From Eledone cirrhosa (lineage: Eukaryota): a stretch of DNA of 64,000 nucleotides. Below the pieces are notes generated by a model. It did not search any database. It saw only the letters and a list, made by a program, of their open reading frames with translations, and was not told where the DNA came from. The stretch lies in contig OZ024740.1 in assembly GCA_964016885.1 (NCBI GenBank), positions 337,094,001-337,158,000 of the forward strand, given 5' to 3'. Position numbers and translations under genes: made by a program. Of the stretch, positions 1 through 13,059 are shown piece by piece; position 1 is the first letter of the stretch; the number at the start of each line of letters is the position of its first letter.

Positions 1-38
1 CAACTTTTCTTATTAATAAGTGCATTGTTTCTTTTCAG

Positions 39-162
39 GGACTACATTGAAATATATACTTCATTTGGTCATTCCTTGAGAATATCTTGGGCAGCCTATG
101 AACTTTTCATCCATCCCTCGTATGATCCAGAGTATTCACTTAGCCCTAGATGTGTATCGTAA
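39..162 (+). CDS. possible terminal coding exon of an upstream host gene (DYIEIYTSFGHSLRISWAAYELFIHPSYDPEYSLSPRCVS*)
   Basis: Pyrimidine tract and acceptor ttgtttcttttcag (ends 38), 40 open codons to TAA at 160-162, AATAAA near 279, non-repetitive sequence. No homology recognised. Confidence 0.25.
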
Positions 163-689
163 CACCAGAATTTAGGACAAGATTAAACATTAGCAGATAC
201 TATTTAGGTTAACTGAATTTACTACTCTCATCTGTAATATGTCAGCTGATTTGATGTGTTAATTATTTTCCTTGTGGAATAAATACAATGTTAGCAACCG
301 TTTATTGTGAGTAATTACCATTCTTAAATATTGCTGGCTCTGCATCACTAGGAGAGGCCTTTCAGTTTAGTTCAATAGTCTGACACACGATTCACTATTT
401 ATAGGATTGTGTTGTTGTTCTTGTTGTTTGTTTTTGTTGTGCTGGATGATGATGGTAGTTGAGGCATTGGTGGAAGTGGTGATGTTGATGGTAGCATTGG
501 AAGTGCATGTGGTGATGGTGAAGGTGGTGGTAGTAGCTGAGATGGTGATGGTGGAGATGATAGTGACAATGCAATATTGTGGTGTTGGTGATGGTAATGA
601 TGGTCAGAATAGTAATAGTGGTCGTACTGTATAATGACTTATAGTGTTCATTTCAATAGTAATTGTGATGCTAATAACAGTGATATTTA

Positions 690-1023
690 TGATGGTTTAG
701 TGGTTAGAGCGTCAGGCTTACAATCGTGAGGTTGTGAGTTCAGGCTTTGCGTTGCTCCAGTTTACTCAGCTGTAGAAATGAGTTGCGACGTCACTGATGT
801 CAAGCTGTATCGGCCATTGCTTTTTCTTTGGACAACATCAGTGACGTGGAGAAGGGAGGCTGGTATGCATGGGCGACTACTGGTCTTCCATAAACAACGT
901 TGCCTGGACTTGTGCCTCGGAGGGGAACTTTCTAGGTGCAAATCCCATGGTCATTTGCTGAGTAAACTGGAGCAATGCAAAGCCTGAACTCACAACCTCA
1001 CGATTGTAAGCCTGACGCTCTAA
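690..1023 (+). mobile_element. tRNA-derived SINE (family B-type head) with inverted duplication of its head
   Basis: A/B-box-like tagtggttagagc...gtgagttc head; 704-770 is the near-perfect reverse complement of 957-1023. Confidence 0.7.
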
Positions 1024-1178
1024 TGGTCACCATTACTACCTGATGGTAGTAATGGTAATAATGATGATGATGATATCAATATTCCTACCTTTGAGCAAGT
1101 ACAGTTGTGTCTATTTAAGAAATCATCTTTACCAAAAGAAGGTGAAGATTATGTGAGTAACAAACTGCTTTACAGTAT

Positions 1179-1611
1179 TTAACCCTTTTGGTACCAAACT
1201 ACCTGAAACTGACCTTTGTTCTACAATACAAAACTGTTATAAATTATTTATATTTATCTAAATATCTTTCACAGTATCGGTAGAGGGTCGGACGCCATGC
1301 TTTGCAGCAAAGAGTTACGGCCCTTTATGGTCTGAGTTCAAATCCCGCCGAGGTCAACTTTGCCTTTCATCCTTACGGGGTCGATAAAATAAAGTACCAG
1401 TAATGTACTGGGTAATTGCTGGCCTTGTGCCAAAAGTAGAAACAATTATAATTTTACGTAAGAACCTGTGTTAAGTTATGTTTCAAACCTCAGCTTAAGA
1501 ATGAGATATCTGGCCATTTTACTAAATCCCCTTCAAATTCTTCATTATTTTCAAGAATATTTGAAAATCATAGGCAATGTCTTTTATTAGAAATATGGTA
1601 ATGACGATTAA
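1179..1611. mobile_element. piggyBac-like MITE interrupted by a SINE
   Basis: Starts TTAA-CCCTTT; homologous to 21628-22102 and 21030-21170; SINE inserted at 1273-1450. Confidence 0.5.
1273..1450 (+). mobile_element. tRNA-derived SINE, family A (~175 bp)
   Basis: B box gagttcaaatccc, core ctttgcctttcatccttacggggtcgataaaataaagtaccag, tail agtagaaacaattat. Many further copies in the window (e.g. 2010, 8045, 15725, 21780, 27788, 37228, 40350, 42994, 52355, 60462, 61275, 62220). Confidence 0.85.
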
Positions 1612-1932
1612 TTCCTGACTTCTTTTTAAGCACCATGGGACTCAATGAAATGAGCACCAGTAATATATTGAGGCTTATTCAGTCATCTGTAGTCCCTTTC
1701 CTCAAACACTGAGTTTTATGGTTACTGAGTTAAGTAACTTTTAAACTATTTATTGAAAATAATCTGCAGATGATCCAAATGCTTTCACAATCTTTGGTGA
1801 TCTTTTGTAGTCACACATGCACACATGGATGGACACACGCAAATATGCATGCACACACACACCACACGCAGAGACACACACACACACAAACATGTACACA
1901 CATGCACCCCTTACATGCAAGCATACACATAT

Positions 1933-1975
<43 letters not shown>

Positions 1976-2009
1976 CTTTATATAACTCAGTCATTATAAT
2001 TTAACAGCT

Positions 2010-2297
2010 AGAGGGCATAAAGTTACAGCCCTTTATGATCTGAGTTCAAATCCCGTTGAGGTTAACTTAGCCTTTCATCCTTACGGGGTTGATAAAATAA
2101 AGTACCAGTCACGCACTGGGGTTTATTTAATCAACTTTCCCCTCCCCCAGAATTGCTGGCCTTGTGCCTATATAAGAAACTATTATAATTTAACAGCTTG
2201 ATATATAAGAAACCATTATAATTTAACAGCTTGCTATATGAGAAACCATTATAATTTAACAGCTTGCTATATAAGAAACCATTATAATTTAACAGCT
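2010..2297 (+). mobile_element. family A SINE followed by 4 tandem ~30-bp units made of SINE tail plus target duplication
   Basis: Unit tataagaaaccattataatttaacagcttg repeated 2170-2297; cattataatttaacagct also lies immediately 5' of the SINE (~1993-2009). Confidence 0.7.
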
Positions 2298-2515
2298 GGC
2301 AAAATTGCTGAAGCTCTTGTGATAATATTTACTTAGGTGGCTTTTGTTGTTATTATAATAATAATAGGTGTGGTTTTTATTGTCTTGTTTTACTTTAGGT
2401 TATTATACTGGTATTTTTGTTGTTGTTTAGGCCCAGTCTGTATATTAGATACATACATATATTCTTCTCCATTCCCTCTAGTCCTCTCTTTATACTTTAG
2501 AATTGATAAACAAAG

Positions 2516-2822
2516 TATAATAATAATAATAATAATGAAAATATTGTGTACAGTGCTCAGGTGCACTACAACTCATCAAAAGTGTATGTATAGTACATAG
2601 GGTAATGTACAAACGTCAGGAAAATGAACAGTGCATGATATACACATGTGTGCATGTGTATGGAAGGGGGACATCAGGTGTAGTTTTGGCGAATTTCGGG
2701 AAGCATGAGGGTTTTAAAGGATGCAGTGTCTCGGCAGCTAACAACTGACGCAGGCAGTTTGTTCCATGCTTCAGCAACTCTAAGCGTGAAAAAATGTTTC
2801 CGAAAGTCATGGGAGCTGTGCT
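2516..2822 (-). mobile_element. CR1-type LINE 3' fragment with (TTA)n tail
   Basis: Minus frame reads ...KHFFTLRVAEAWNKLPASVVSCRDTASFK, the typical CR1 ORF2 C-terminus; shared 3' UTR with 4968-5135, 16703-16795, 27416-27728, 60548-60880 and 61392-61558. Confidence 0.8.
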
Positions 2823-3741
2823 GGCAGAACACAAAATATGCTATGCCAACCCATTGCCTGGCCTCAGTCTTATGGTCTAAGACATTCTAGTCATGATTGG
2901 TCTGTCATTTATTTGGACAAAGTATCTAGGGTGATTTAACAGCTATTTTTAGCTGGTCAAGTAACTATGTAAAGGCTTTTTCATGGGTTTGAGGTATTTT
3001 GTTATAGATGTTGACATAAAGTTGTTGTTTAGCGCCAGGTCAATCTTGATTACACATACCCATGGCATTTATAAAATTAGTTAAATGACAGTGCTGGACT
3101 GAGCTATAAGCTAAAATAGATATAGCTTAGGGTCACACACCCTTGGGGATCTCATTTTAAAAAATATACTTTTATTTTATCATTAGTTTTTATTCTTTAA
3201 CCCTAATCATCAAGAATTATATATATACATATATATAAAATGAAAAAACGGAGTTAAAGACTCGGATTAATCCCCTGTAATTTAATGAGCTCAAGGAATA
3301 AGTACCGGGCTCTTCATAATATAGAGAAGAAAACACAAGAGAACCACTAGAGTGGAAAATACACATTAATTAAAAGAGTAAATCAAAATGTTCAGACCAA
3401 CCTTTATAACTATAAAACACCTGAACAAACTCTAAAAAGAGAATGTTTCATCACATATATATATATTTATTCCTTATCATTAACTAGCATTAAGTTACCA
3501 AAGTTAGGTTGCACCACCCATTTTATGGCAGCACTTTTTTGTCTGCCAGGCACTGGGTGAATGAATTGCAGACCTGGAAGCATGAGCTGCGCCAGCAGTG
3601 ACAATTGTAGTTTCGCCTATGGATATTATCTCTGTGCAAAAAAGTGTTGAAATTTATTGTTTCACAGTACTTGCGCAACACGCGCGTAGACGATGCCAGC
3701 CGAACAACAGAGCTGCGATGGAGTTGTTCTGCATGGTTGTC

Positions 3742-4254
3742 TGTGTGTTTTCTAAATTTAAGACAGTAGGGAGGGTTGTGATATGAGGGAGAGTTAGCTG
3801 TTGTTTCTAGCAGGTTTAGTGACCTCATAGAGGATATGTGTTTTCTAAATTTAAGACAGTAGGGAGTGGTGTGATATGGGGGAGAGTTAGCTGCTGTTTC
3901 TAGCAGGCCTAGTGACCTCATAGAAGATATGTTTTCTAAATTTAAGACAGTAGGGAGGAGTGTGATATGGGGGAGAGTTAGCTGCTGTTTCTAGCAGGTT
4001 TAGTGACCTCATAGAAGATATGTTTTCTAAATTTAAGACAGTAGGGAGGGGTGTGATATGGGGGAGAGTTAGCTGCTGTTTCTAGCAGGTTTAGTAACCT
4101 CATAGAGGATATGTGTTTTCTAAATTTAAGACAGTAGGGAGTGGTGTGGGGAAGGGCGTAATATGGGGGAGAGTTAGTTGCTGTTTCTAGCAGGTTTAGT
4201 AACCTCATAGAGGATATGTGTTTTCTAAATTTAAGACAGTAGGGAGTGGTGTGA
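3742..4254. repeat. minisatellite, ~92-bp unit, about 5.5 copies
   Basis: tctaaatttaagacagtaggga recurs at 3751, 3844, 3935, 4026, 4119 and 4224. Confidence 0.9.
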
Positions 4255-5289
4255 ACGGACAGTATCACCATCAAGCTTGGAAAGAGAAAGTAGCAGAAAG
4301 TATGAAGTTGTATAGATTTTGAATGGTAGTAGAAAGAGTTCAGCAGTTTAAATGAGAGAGAAAAATCGTAAAATATTGAGTTTTATCTATTTTTTGCGTA
4401 ATTGTGGGTGAAATTGAAAAAATTATCTGCGTCAAGACGCAATCGAAACTATTTCGAATACTGAATTGTAAGTTTCAATTGAAGAAATTCTATATCGTAG
4501 ATTTCTATAACGAAGGAGCATGACCATACACTGAGCTTTATAGATTAAGCTTTATAGATTATGATTTTAATACAAAAAATAATAATCATGTATTATTATT
4601 TTCAATTTTTTTACCACAATTTCTTTTAGATAAGGACCTCAAATTTCATATAGCTTCAGGCCTCAGCAGATGAAAGTCCAACCCCGTCAAATGACTATGT
4701 GCCACACGTGGACACAGGTATGGTTAATGGTTAAGAAGTTTACTTCCCAATCATGAAGTTCCAGGTTCAATCCCACTGTGTGGCATCATAGGCAGATAAA
4801 TTTTACAATAACCTTATGTTGATCCAAGCCTTATGAATGAAAGTGGAAAGACAGAAATTACATGAAAACATGTCGGATGAATTCTTTTTGAAATCTAATG
4901 GTTCAGCCTTGTCACAAATTCTGTCTTATTGATTCATCATGTGACAATATGTTATGGGTACAACATTCGCCCTCCATACACATGCACGCATGTATCTGTG
5001 TGAATATGATGACTCATACACTGTTCACTTTCCTGACATTTGTACATTACCCTATGTACTATACATACACTTTTGATGAGTTGTAGTGCACCTGAGCACA
5101 ATACACAATAATTTTCATTATTATTATTAATTATTATATTTGTCTGTGGAATTCTCAGGCATTTACACATTAATTTAAAGAGTAGGACATTCACTTGATT
5201 GCATAACTGAATGTTCATCAATAAAACCAATGAAGGATCTATCAAGTGCCCTCTTCTCCCCTCCCACAGGTCTGTTGTTTCATGTATAA

Positions 5290-5625
5290 CATATCTATTG
5301 TTGTTGAACCTCCGACGGTTCTGATGAGTGATCCAGTTGTTTGAACAATGGAACAGCCTGCTTGTGAAATTGATATGCAAGTGGCTGAGCATTCCACAGA
5401 TGCGTACCTTTAATATAATTCTCAGGGAGATTTAATGTGATACAGTGTACAACAAGCAGATCCTTTGAATTATAACTCATTCTTTTTTTTTTGCCAGCAA
5501 GGTGGACAAGTGTAATGGGAAAAGATGCGTCTTGCCCAAGAATGTAATGTGCTGTCAGAAAGCAAACTCATGACCTTATGAGCATGTGCCAATTACATTT
5601 ATCACAAAACTATGCACCTTCACAA
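5290..5625 (-). mobile_element. decayed tRNA-derived SINE
   Basis: Reverse-complement homology to the SINE at 56217-56535 (ctccctgagaa, gaatgctcagccacttgca, aactgga blocks). Confidence 0.65.
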
Positions 5626-5689
5626 TCATATCTATATCACATGAAGAGACACACAGTAAATTTAGTATGCATTATTATTATGGTGAGTA

Positions 5690-5847
5690 ACATGGTATTG
5701 TTATGATAGACAATATGAGGTTGTTATGGTAGACAACATGGTGTTATTATGGTAGACAATATGGTGGTGTTCTGGTATACATATGAGGTTATTATGGTAG
5801 ATAATATGGGGTTGTTATGGTAGACAATATGGGGTTGTTATGGTAGT
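5690..5847. repeat. ~20-bp minisatellite (ggttgttatggtagacaatat)n
   Basis: Repeated ttatggtagacaa units. Confidence 0.8.
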
Positions 5848-6180
5848 CTACATAAGTTTATTATAGGAGGTGACATGAAATGATGACTTAAATACTTCTA
5901 ATAGTAACCATTGCAATTATCTTAAACACTTAGCAATAGTTTATTTCATTCATTTGATACATTGTCCCACTCCCCAGACACACATACAGTTTTACTTTTA
6001 CACACACCCTTACACATACACACATGTGCATCATGTACATTCTTTGTTGGACACATATATACATTAACACCCATAGACACACAGAGGCACATATGTAATA
6101 GGCACATCTAGATACACCCCCATACATACAGATACATCTAAATTCATACACACATATACACTGACACATGCTCACAAAAC

Positions 6181-6211
<31 letters not shown>

Positions 6212-6652
6212 CAGGGCAACACATAAACCAACACAAACACACACACTCACACACACAAACACAAACACACACACAAACACAAGCATACATAAACACTATC
6301 ATGCAGACACACATACATATGCATACACACATACATATGCCCATGCGCACAGAACATAGCTACGCATTATATCAAAAGAGATATAATCAAACACAGAAAC
6401 ACACACATACCACACACCACACACATATGTATACAAACACGGAGTCACACACAAACATAGAGAGTTAATCAAACACAGACACATACACAAATATAATTAT
6501 ACAAACATTGAGACTCAATTATTCCCACAAAACTAGTGGAAAGAAAATGATTACAAATAATGAAGAAAAGATTTCTGAAGCAAAATCCGCAGTAAGTGAA
6601 AATTTTTAGTATGTTAATCCTTATTTAAGAACATCTCAGTGTTTTCAGATCT

Positions 6653-6860
6653 TTAACCCTTTAGCATTTAAACTCGCCATATCCAGCCAGAATTCTCTTA
6701 TATCTTTCTGTTCAAACCACCCATAACTGAACACTTACACTGATGTTAAGGTATTGTTCACAAAATAAATAATATGAAAATTTCATAGATTCAATATTAT
6801 GAGATAATTATATGAAATAAAGTGTTTACTATGAAAATACAATATAAAGTAAAGGGTTAA
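6653..6860. mobile_element. piggyBac-like MITE (~205 bp)
   Basis: TTAA-CCCTTT ... AAAGGG-TTAA termini; second copy at 7927-8346. Confidence 0.75.
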
Positions 6861-7926
6861 GGAAGACTTATTTAGTTATTGCTATGTCATTCTTTTTAGA
6901 AGGCAGTGTATTGCCAGAGTCATTTGAGTGTCAGTTCACTGTGCTCTGAGTTCAAAACCTGCTGAGGTTGTTTGTCTTTTATTTTTTTTGTGGTTGATAA
7001 ATAAAGTACCAGTCCAGTACTAGGGCTGGTTTTTCTTCTATCTCTCTCTCTCCCTCTCTCTTTCTTTTTTTTAAAGAAATCATCTATGTTCCGCCCTGGA
7101 GAGAGATGAGTTCCGCCAAGCTTGAAATATGCATGACATGTCATGTGTCAAGGCAGTGCCTCCTATGACTCCATCAAGTATTAAGAACAAATCCATTCTG
7201 TGTAGAGGGAAAGGCACATATCAAATTTTGACTCTAGTAGTTACTTCATTAGTAAACATCTATTACAGAAATATTTTGATTGCATTATAATTTATTTATC
7301 AAAGTTATTTATTTATATATTTTCATTGTTTTTATGTTTGTTTGATTTTTTCATGACAGTATAGGTTAGATAACTCCTTAAATGCTTACAGATATATGTT
7401 TTTTCTATGAGACGAGATTGCCAGCGTCTTACTCAATCTTTCTCTATTTTTAGAGAATGGGATGCAGTGAGTAGTCTCCCATGACCCTTATCACAATGTA
7501 GCAAAGCTGATAGAGAAAGAGAGAGAGAGAGAGAGAGAGAAGAACCAACTCCAGTATTTGACTGGCACTTTATTCATCAGCCTCAAAAGGCTGAAAGGTT
7601 TAATTTTACCTGTGCAGTATTTGGATTCAGTGCACAGGAAATTGGAACAAATACTGCAAATCATTCTGTCTCACATCCTAATAATTCAGTTATTTATTCC
7701 TCTTATAACTTTCTGGAATACTCACATAATTTTTACATAAATAATATTCATATCTACATTATGTTTCAATTAGTTCTTTTATTGTAATCACATTTGTATA
7801 TAAGTAGTAGCCCCACTGCATTTATAACATTTTGGTTTCAGACTTTAACTCACACATAGATCACATGCTGGTTGTTATAAATACTGTTTGCAGCTTTGCT
7901 TGCAATTAGAGCTAAAAAGACATATT

Positions 7927-8346
7927 TTAACCCTTTAGCATTTAAACCTGCCATATCTGGCCAAAATTCTCTTACCTCTTTCTGTTTAAACCGGTCGTAA
8001 CTAGCCACTCATACTTATATTAAGGTATTGTTCTCAAAATAAATAATTGTTTCTACTTTAGGCACAAGGCCAGCAATTACCCAATGCATTACTGATACTT
8101 TATTTTATCGACCCCATAAGGATGAAAGGCAAAGTCAACCTCGGCGGGATTTGAACTCAGATCGTAAAGGGATGTAACTATGCTGGAAAGCATGGCGTCC
8201 GAGCCTCCACCGATACTGCCAATCCACCGTTCTCAAAATAAATAATATCAAAATATCATAGATTCAATATTATGTGAGATAAAGCCTTTACCATGAAAAT
8301 ACAATAGTATATATATATATAGAGTAATGTAAATGTTAACAGGTTA
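7927..8346. mobile_element. piggyBac-like MITE with a family A SINE insertion (minus strand, ~8045-8228)
   Basis: Homologous to 6653-6860; SINE flanked by the duplication gttctcaaaataaataat (8030-8047 and 8229-8246). Confidence 0.75.
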
Positions 8347-8668
8347 AGACAAATGTCCCAGTGAAAACATGCACTAGCCTTGAAGGCCCCATACTCATCA
8401 TAGGGTTCTTTTTGGTGCAATGTTTTACAACCAAATGCCCTTTTAGTCACCTATTATGATAGACAGGGTTACAATGTACCAGTTCTAAACCAAATATACA
8501 CAGCAGTGTTTAAATGATAATAATAATAAAAAGATTTAGTTGAAATAATCGGGTTAACTGGTGCTTTTAATTTACCACTCCTGTAGCATCTAATGGCCAT
8601 TAGAATTACAGCTAGTTAATAGAAAACTGTGCACACACACACACACACACACACATATGTGCCTCCAT

Positions 8669-8724
<56 letters not shown>

Positions 8725-8726
<2 letters not shown>

Positions 8727-9047
8727 GGAGGCACATGACTTAGTGGTTAGAGCATTGGCCTTGTAATCGAAATGTGAGTTCAATTCTCAGACCGGGTGAT
8801 GTGTTGTTTCCTTGAGCAAGACACTTTATTTCACATTGCTCCAGTTTACTCAGCTGTAGAAATGAGATGATAGGGACTGGGGTCCCTATCATTCCACTGC
8901 AAAGTGGTTGTGGAGGGGCCACGGCAAAAAAGCACCCAGCACTCACTGTAAATGAGGTTGGTGTTAGGAAGGGCATCCAGCTGTAGAAATCAAGCCAGAA
9001 TCAGTTCCCGTCCCACCCTTGCAAGCAGGGAAAAGTGGACGTAAAAC

Positions 9048-9080
<33 letters not shown>
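8725..9080 (+). mobile_element. tRNA-derived SINE, family B, with RTE-derived 3' tail and (GAT)n
   Basis: Head ggaggcacatgacttagtggttagagc...gagttcaattctc; 3' part aaaagcacccagcactcactgtaaatgaggttggtgttaggaagggcatccagc matches the RTE 3' UTR at 57532-57790. Confidence 0.85.
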
Positions 9081-9091
9081 ATATATATATA

Positions 9092-9848
9092 TACTTTACT
9101 CACAAGTGGAAGACTTGTCAGAGCAAGAGAGGCTGTTTTTGTGTGTGATGTTGTCAACTTATATTTGTTTAGAAAACTGATATTCATATAAACTGAATAG
9201 TGATATGACAAACCCACTATACATACTCAATAATTTCCAGTGTTTATGAATGTGCATATGTACATGTGTTTGTATGTGAGTGTGTATGTGTGCATGCACA
9301 TGTGTTAGTTGATGTTGTGAATGTCAAGCCCAGAGCAAGGGACGGTATATAAATCACATGTTATTTGTGTCTTTTCTTTTTTTAGTAAAAAGGTGTGATT
9401 TATCTATGAGTATATACTGTACATATCCCTGATGAGAATCTAGGATTAAATTAACTGAAAAGTAAGGTAGATATAAATATTGTGAATATGCACTGTATCA
9501 ATGAGATTATTAACCTAAAAAATTCTAAGTTGAATAAGAAACAAATCATTTTACACCTTTAAATGTATTGGTAAATTGTAGCTGCTGAATTTTAAGTGAT
9601 TCAAGAAATAATGTTTCTCAGTCATTATTTAAAGTCTTAGTTAATGTTTTTTTATATTGTTGCACAGTATTTTTCTCAACAATGTTTTTATATTTCATTG
9701 ATATACATCATTGAAAGAAATACACAAGCACAAACCATATATACTTGTAGGTAAGTCAGTTTTTTTTACCAAAAAAATTCAGACACAAATAACCACATAC
9801 CACTTTTGTATTGAACCTTGCTCTGGGCTTTAAATCTGCAGCATTCAG

Positions 9849-9891
<43 letters not shown>

Positions 9892-9995
9892 TTGAGTAAG
9901 TAGAATGGGTTGGTTGGGTCAATAACCCAAACAAATATATGTTAATGACATCTCACGCGAAAACAAGAATAATTTCTACTTGTGCAATATATATA
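9092..9995. repeat. old, imperfect ~900-bp fold-back (inverted repeat) element
   Basis: Mirrored blocks: aagcccagagcaagg (~9326) / ccttgctctgggctt (~9816); tatatttgttt (~9160) / aaacaaatata (~9929); tactcaat / attgagta; (TG)n / (CA)n. Confidence 0.65.
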
Positions 9996-10497
9996 GATGT
10001 AATGTTCTATTGACTGGCTGTAATCCTAATGCCCATTAAATGCTATATATATTGTCAGTCAATTAGGAGTGGTGATTTGATAGCCCTAGTTAATCTATTC
10101 ATTTTGAGTATAAAAAGAAATATCTATGATATCTATGATTCTGAGACTGTTAGACTGTATTGGCAATGGTTCTGATTATTTTAGCGAAATGTCTTCTTTA
10201 TATTTAAACACGTTCACAAACGATATTGCAAATGGTGTTTAAGAACGACAAGATGGAGTAAATAAAACAAAATTGAAATGACAAGGAGACACAAAGAAGC
10301 AAGAACAATCATTGAGAATGTCACAGAATATGTGATGAAAGAGCTTTGACATTTAGATAACCATCTGGTTAGTAAACTAACTAAGGAATGGTTTAGTTAC
10401 CTGCCTAATAATAAAACCAAAGTGAAACACAACAGCTGAATGTGTTTTTATTACCAGCACAACTGTCCCAAAGTATAACAATATATATAACAATATA

Positions 10498-10760
10498 TGA
10501 TGATGATCATCATCATCATCATCGTATTTACTTCCGCTTTTCCACGTTTGTATGGGTTGGTCTGTGGCTTTCAGTAGGTTGTCTTTACCAATTTTCCTCC
10601 ATGCTATTTGTCTTCAAATTTACTTCTTTACTGCCATAAGCTTCACATAGGATTTCTCTGAATATGTTGCCAACTGAGGGTTCTTTCTTCTTCAGATTGG
10701 TTCATTCTTCAGGTTGGCTTTTGTCTCTTGCTTTAAGCCTTGACTCCTCCTTCAACTACT
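10498..10760 (-). mobile_element. internally deleted RTE relic (post-endonuclease segment fused to the 3' tail)
   Basis: Minus strand resembles the ...EENW..KDNLLKATD segment of RTE ORF2, joined directly to the RTE 3' stem and (GAT)n tail. Confidence 0.6.
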
Positions 10761-10765
10761 ACACA

Positions 10766-10808
<43 letters not shown>

Positions 10809-11012
10809 TAGAAAGAGTCGGGACCTGGCAGCTGAGCTCTTGCCATGTCAACAGCTAGTTCCATAAAGTCACACTCTACTATCCTAAGTATCAACTACTC
10901 TGTTGAATAATGGTCTAACTAATTTAAAACTAGTTCTATCCTGATATATGTGGATCTATACATATGTATGGACGTATATATATCTATATCTATCTATCTA
11001 TTTATCTACCTA

Positions 11013-11054
<42 letters not shown>

Positions 11055-11055
<1 letters not shown>

Positions 11056-11413
11056 CATCATCATCATCATCACCGTTTTACGTCCGTTTTTCCACGCTAG
11101 CATGGGTTAGACGGGTTGTCCTGTTATGGGCAGTGTCTGGTCGGCTGACCATGCCTTGCTCATACGGGAACTGATTCTGGCTTGATTTCTACAGCTCATT
11201 TACAGTGAGTGCTGGGTGCTTTTCTCCATGGTGCCTACCACTTTGCAGTGGAATGATATGGACCCCAGTCCCTATCATCTCATTTCTACAGCTGAGTAAA
11301 CTGGAGCAATGTGAAATAAAGTGTCTTGCTCAAGGAAACAACACATCACCAGGTCTAAGAATTGAACTCACAACCTTTCGATTGCAAGGCCAATGCTCTA
11401 ACCACTAAGCCAT
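11055..11413 (-). mobile_element. family B SINE
   Basis: Reverse-complement copy of 8725-9080. Confidence 0.85.
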
Positions 11414-11959
11414 TATATATAACATGTATGTATGTTTATATATATATATATATATACATACATATGTATGAGTGTCTGTGTGTGTGTGTCTATGCAATTG
11501 TTAAAATTACCCCTCATCTTCTTTCTCAATAAAGCAAGAATCAATTCAAAGAAAGAATTATTACCTTTAGATTTTCTAAGATTTTGTTGCAATATATATC
11601 TATTCTCCATTGATTTCTTTGTCTCTACAGAACCAAACATTATACATTCAACACACTATGCTTTCAGTTGCTTGTGTATATAATGTCACTCAATAATTAT
11701 AAACATTCTTACTTATCTGATACTGATGTGTATCACTCATATAAAAACTAATGGAGTGACTGTTTTCAATTATGATTGTGGAGGCAAAGAAGCTGTAATT
11801 ACAGCGGGGTCTGTTTGTTGGTGAATGCGTTTAACAAATTTTGGCTTCTTTTCTGCTCCACACCAAACATTCAGCGACAATCTAACGCCCTCTCCTCGTC
11901 CATCATCTCCACCATCTCCCCACTTTCTTCTTAATGGACCACTTTTGTCTAGAGTTATC

Positions 11960-12290
11960 TCACCAATGGCATTATCATCATCATCATCATCAGCCTCACT
12001 ATCATTACCACCACCACCAGCACCACCATCACCACTACCACCACCACCACCATTACTATCATCATCATCCCCATCACCATAATCACTGCTGTTGCTGCAG
12101 TCACCACTACCACAATTGCTGCCACCATCACCACCATACCACCACCACTGTCACCACTGTCACCATCACCACCACCACCACCACCACCACCACCATACCA
12201 CCACCACTGTTACCACCACCATCACCACCATCAACCACACCACTCAAATGACTTCCAGCAGCACCCTTCCACCACCACAACTGCTGTATT
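11960..12290. repeat. (CAT/CAC)n low-complexity tract
   Basis: Degenerate trinucleotide repeats; gives spurious His/Pro/Thr-rich ORFs. Confidence 0.9.
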
Positions 12291-13011
12291 ACCACATAGG
12301 GTACCATTTTGTCTTTTTTACCATAGTAGTACTATCACCTCAGCTACCAGTGTGTCTGTGTTACCATTGTGACAATATCACCTTAGTTACCATTGTGTCT
12401 TTATTACTATATTAATACTATCACTTTTGTTACCACTGTGTTTTTCCAACAAATATCAAATATATATTTCAGTTTAAAAAAATTAGTTTATTAAACTCTT
12501 GATTCAAGCTATTCCTTAGTATTGTAAAAAAAAAAATAACTAAAGAAAAAAAGGAAAAAAAGAAAAAGAAAAATGAGCTAAGGGAAATAACTCAAATAAA
12601 CCAATGGCATGAATTTAGATAATTCATGTAGGTATTAGTGTACTGAGTAACATAAGCCCAGATTTTTTAATGATTTGAATTTTCCCTCTTAAAGAAAGAA
12701 AACACAAACCTAGTAATACTTGTTAGTGAATCTTGATGTAAAGAAAAAATAATTCCAGGAAATTTAGAATTAATCTAAAAACAACTAGGGAAAAATCAAT
12801 CTTTCCTCTCAGCCTAAAAAATATTTTTCATGAAATTAATTCTTAATTTCTTGAAAATATTTCTCTTTTTTTTTTAAAGTTGCTAAAATTTGCTAGCAAA
12901 TTTTTGTTATCTTCCCCAAACTAAGAGGCAAATATCAATTCCTTAGAACCTTTTTCTTTATAGCTTTTAGTATGTTACTACCTATTAGATATATGGAAAC
13001 TGTAGAAGCTT

Positions 13012-13055
<44 letters not shown>

Positions 13056-13059
<4 letters not shown>

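Noticed and set aside
8725-8800. tRNA genes at SINE heads
   Set aside because: They have A/B boxes but no complete cloverleaf, and they continue into SINE body and tail.
11825-12415. His/Pro/Thr-rich ORFs
   Set aside because: (CAC/CAT)n low-complexity tract open in several frames, with no domain or splice evidence.
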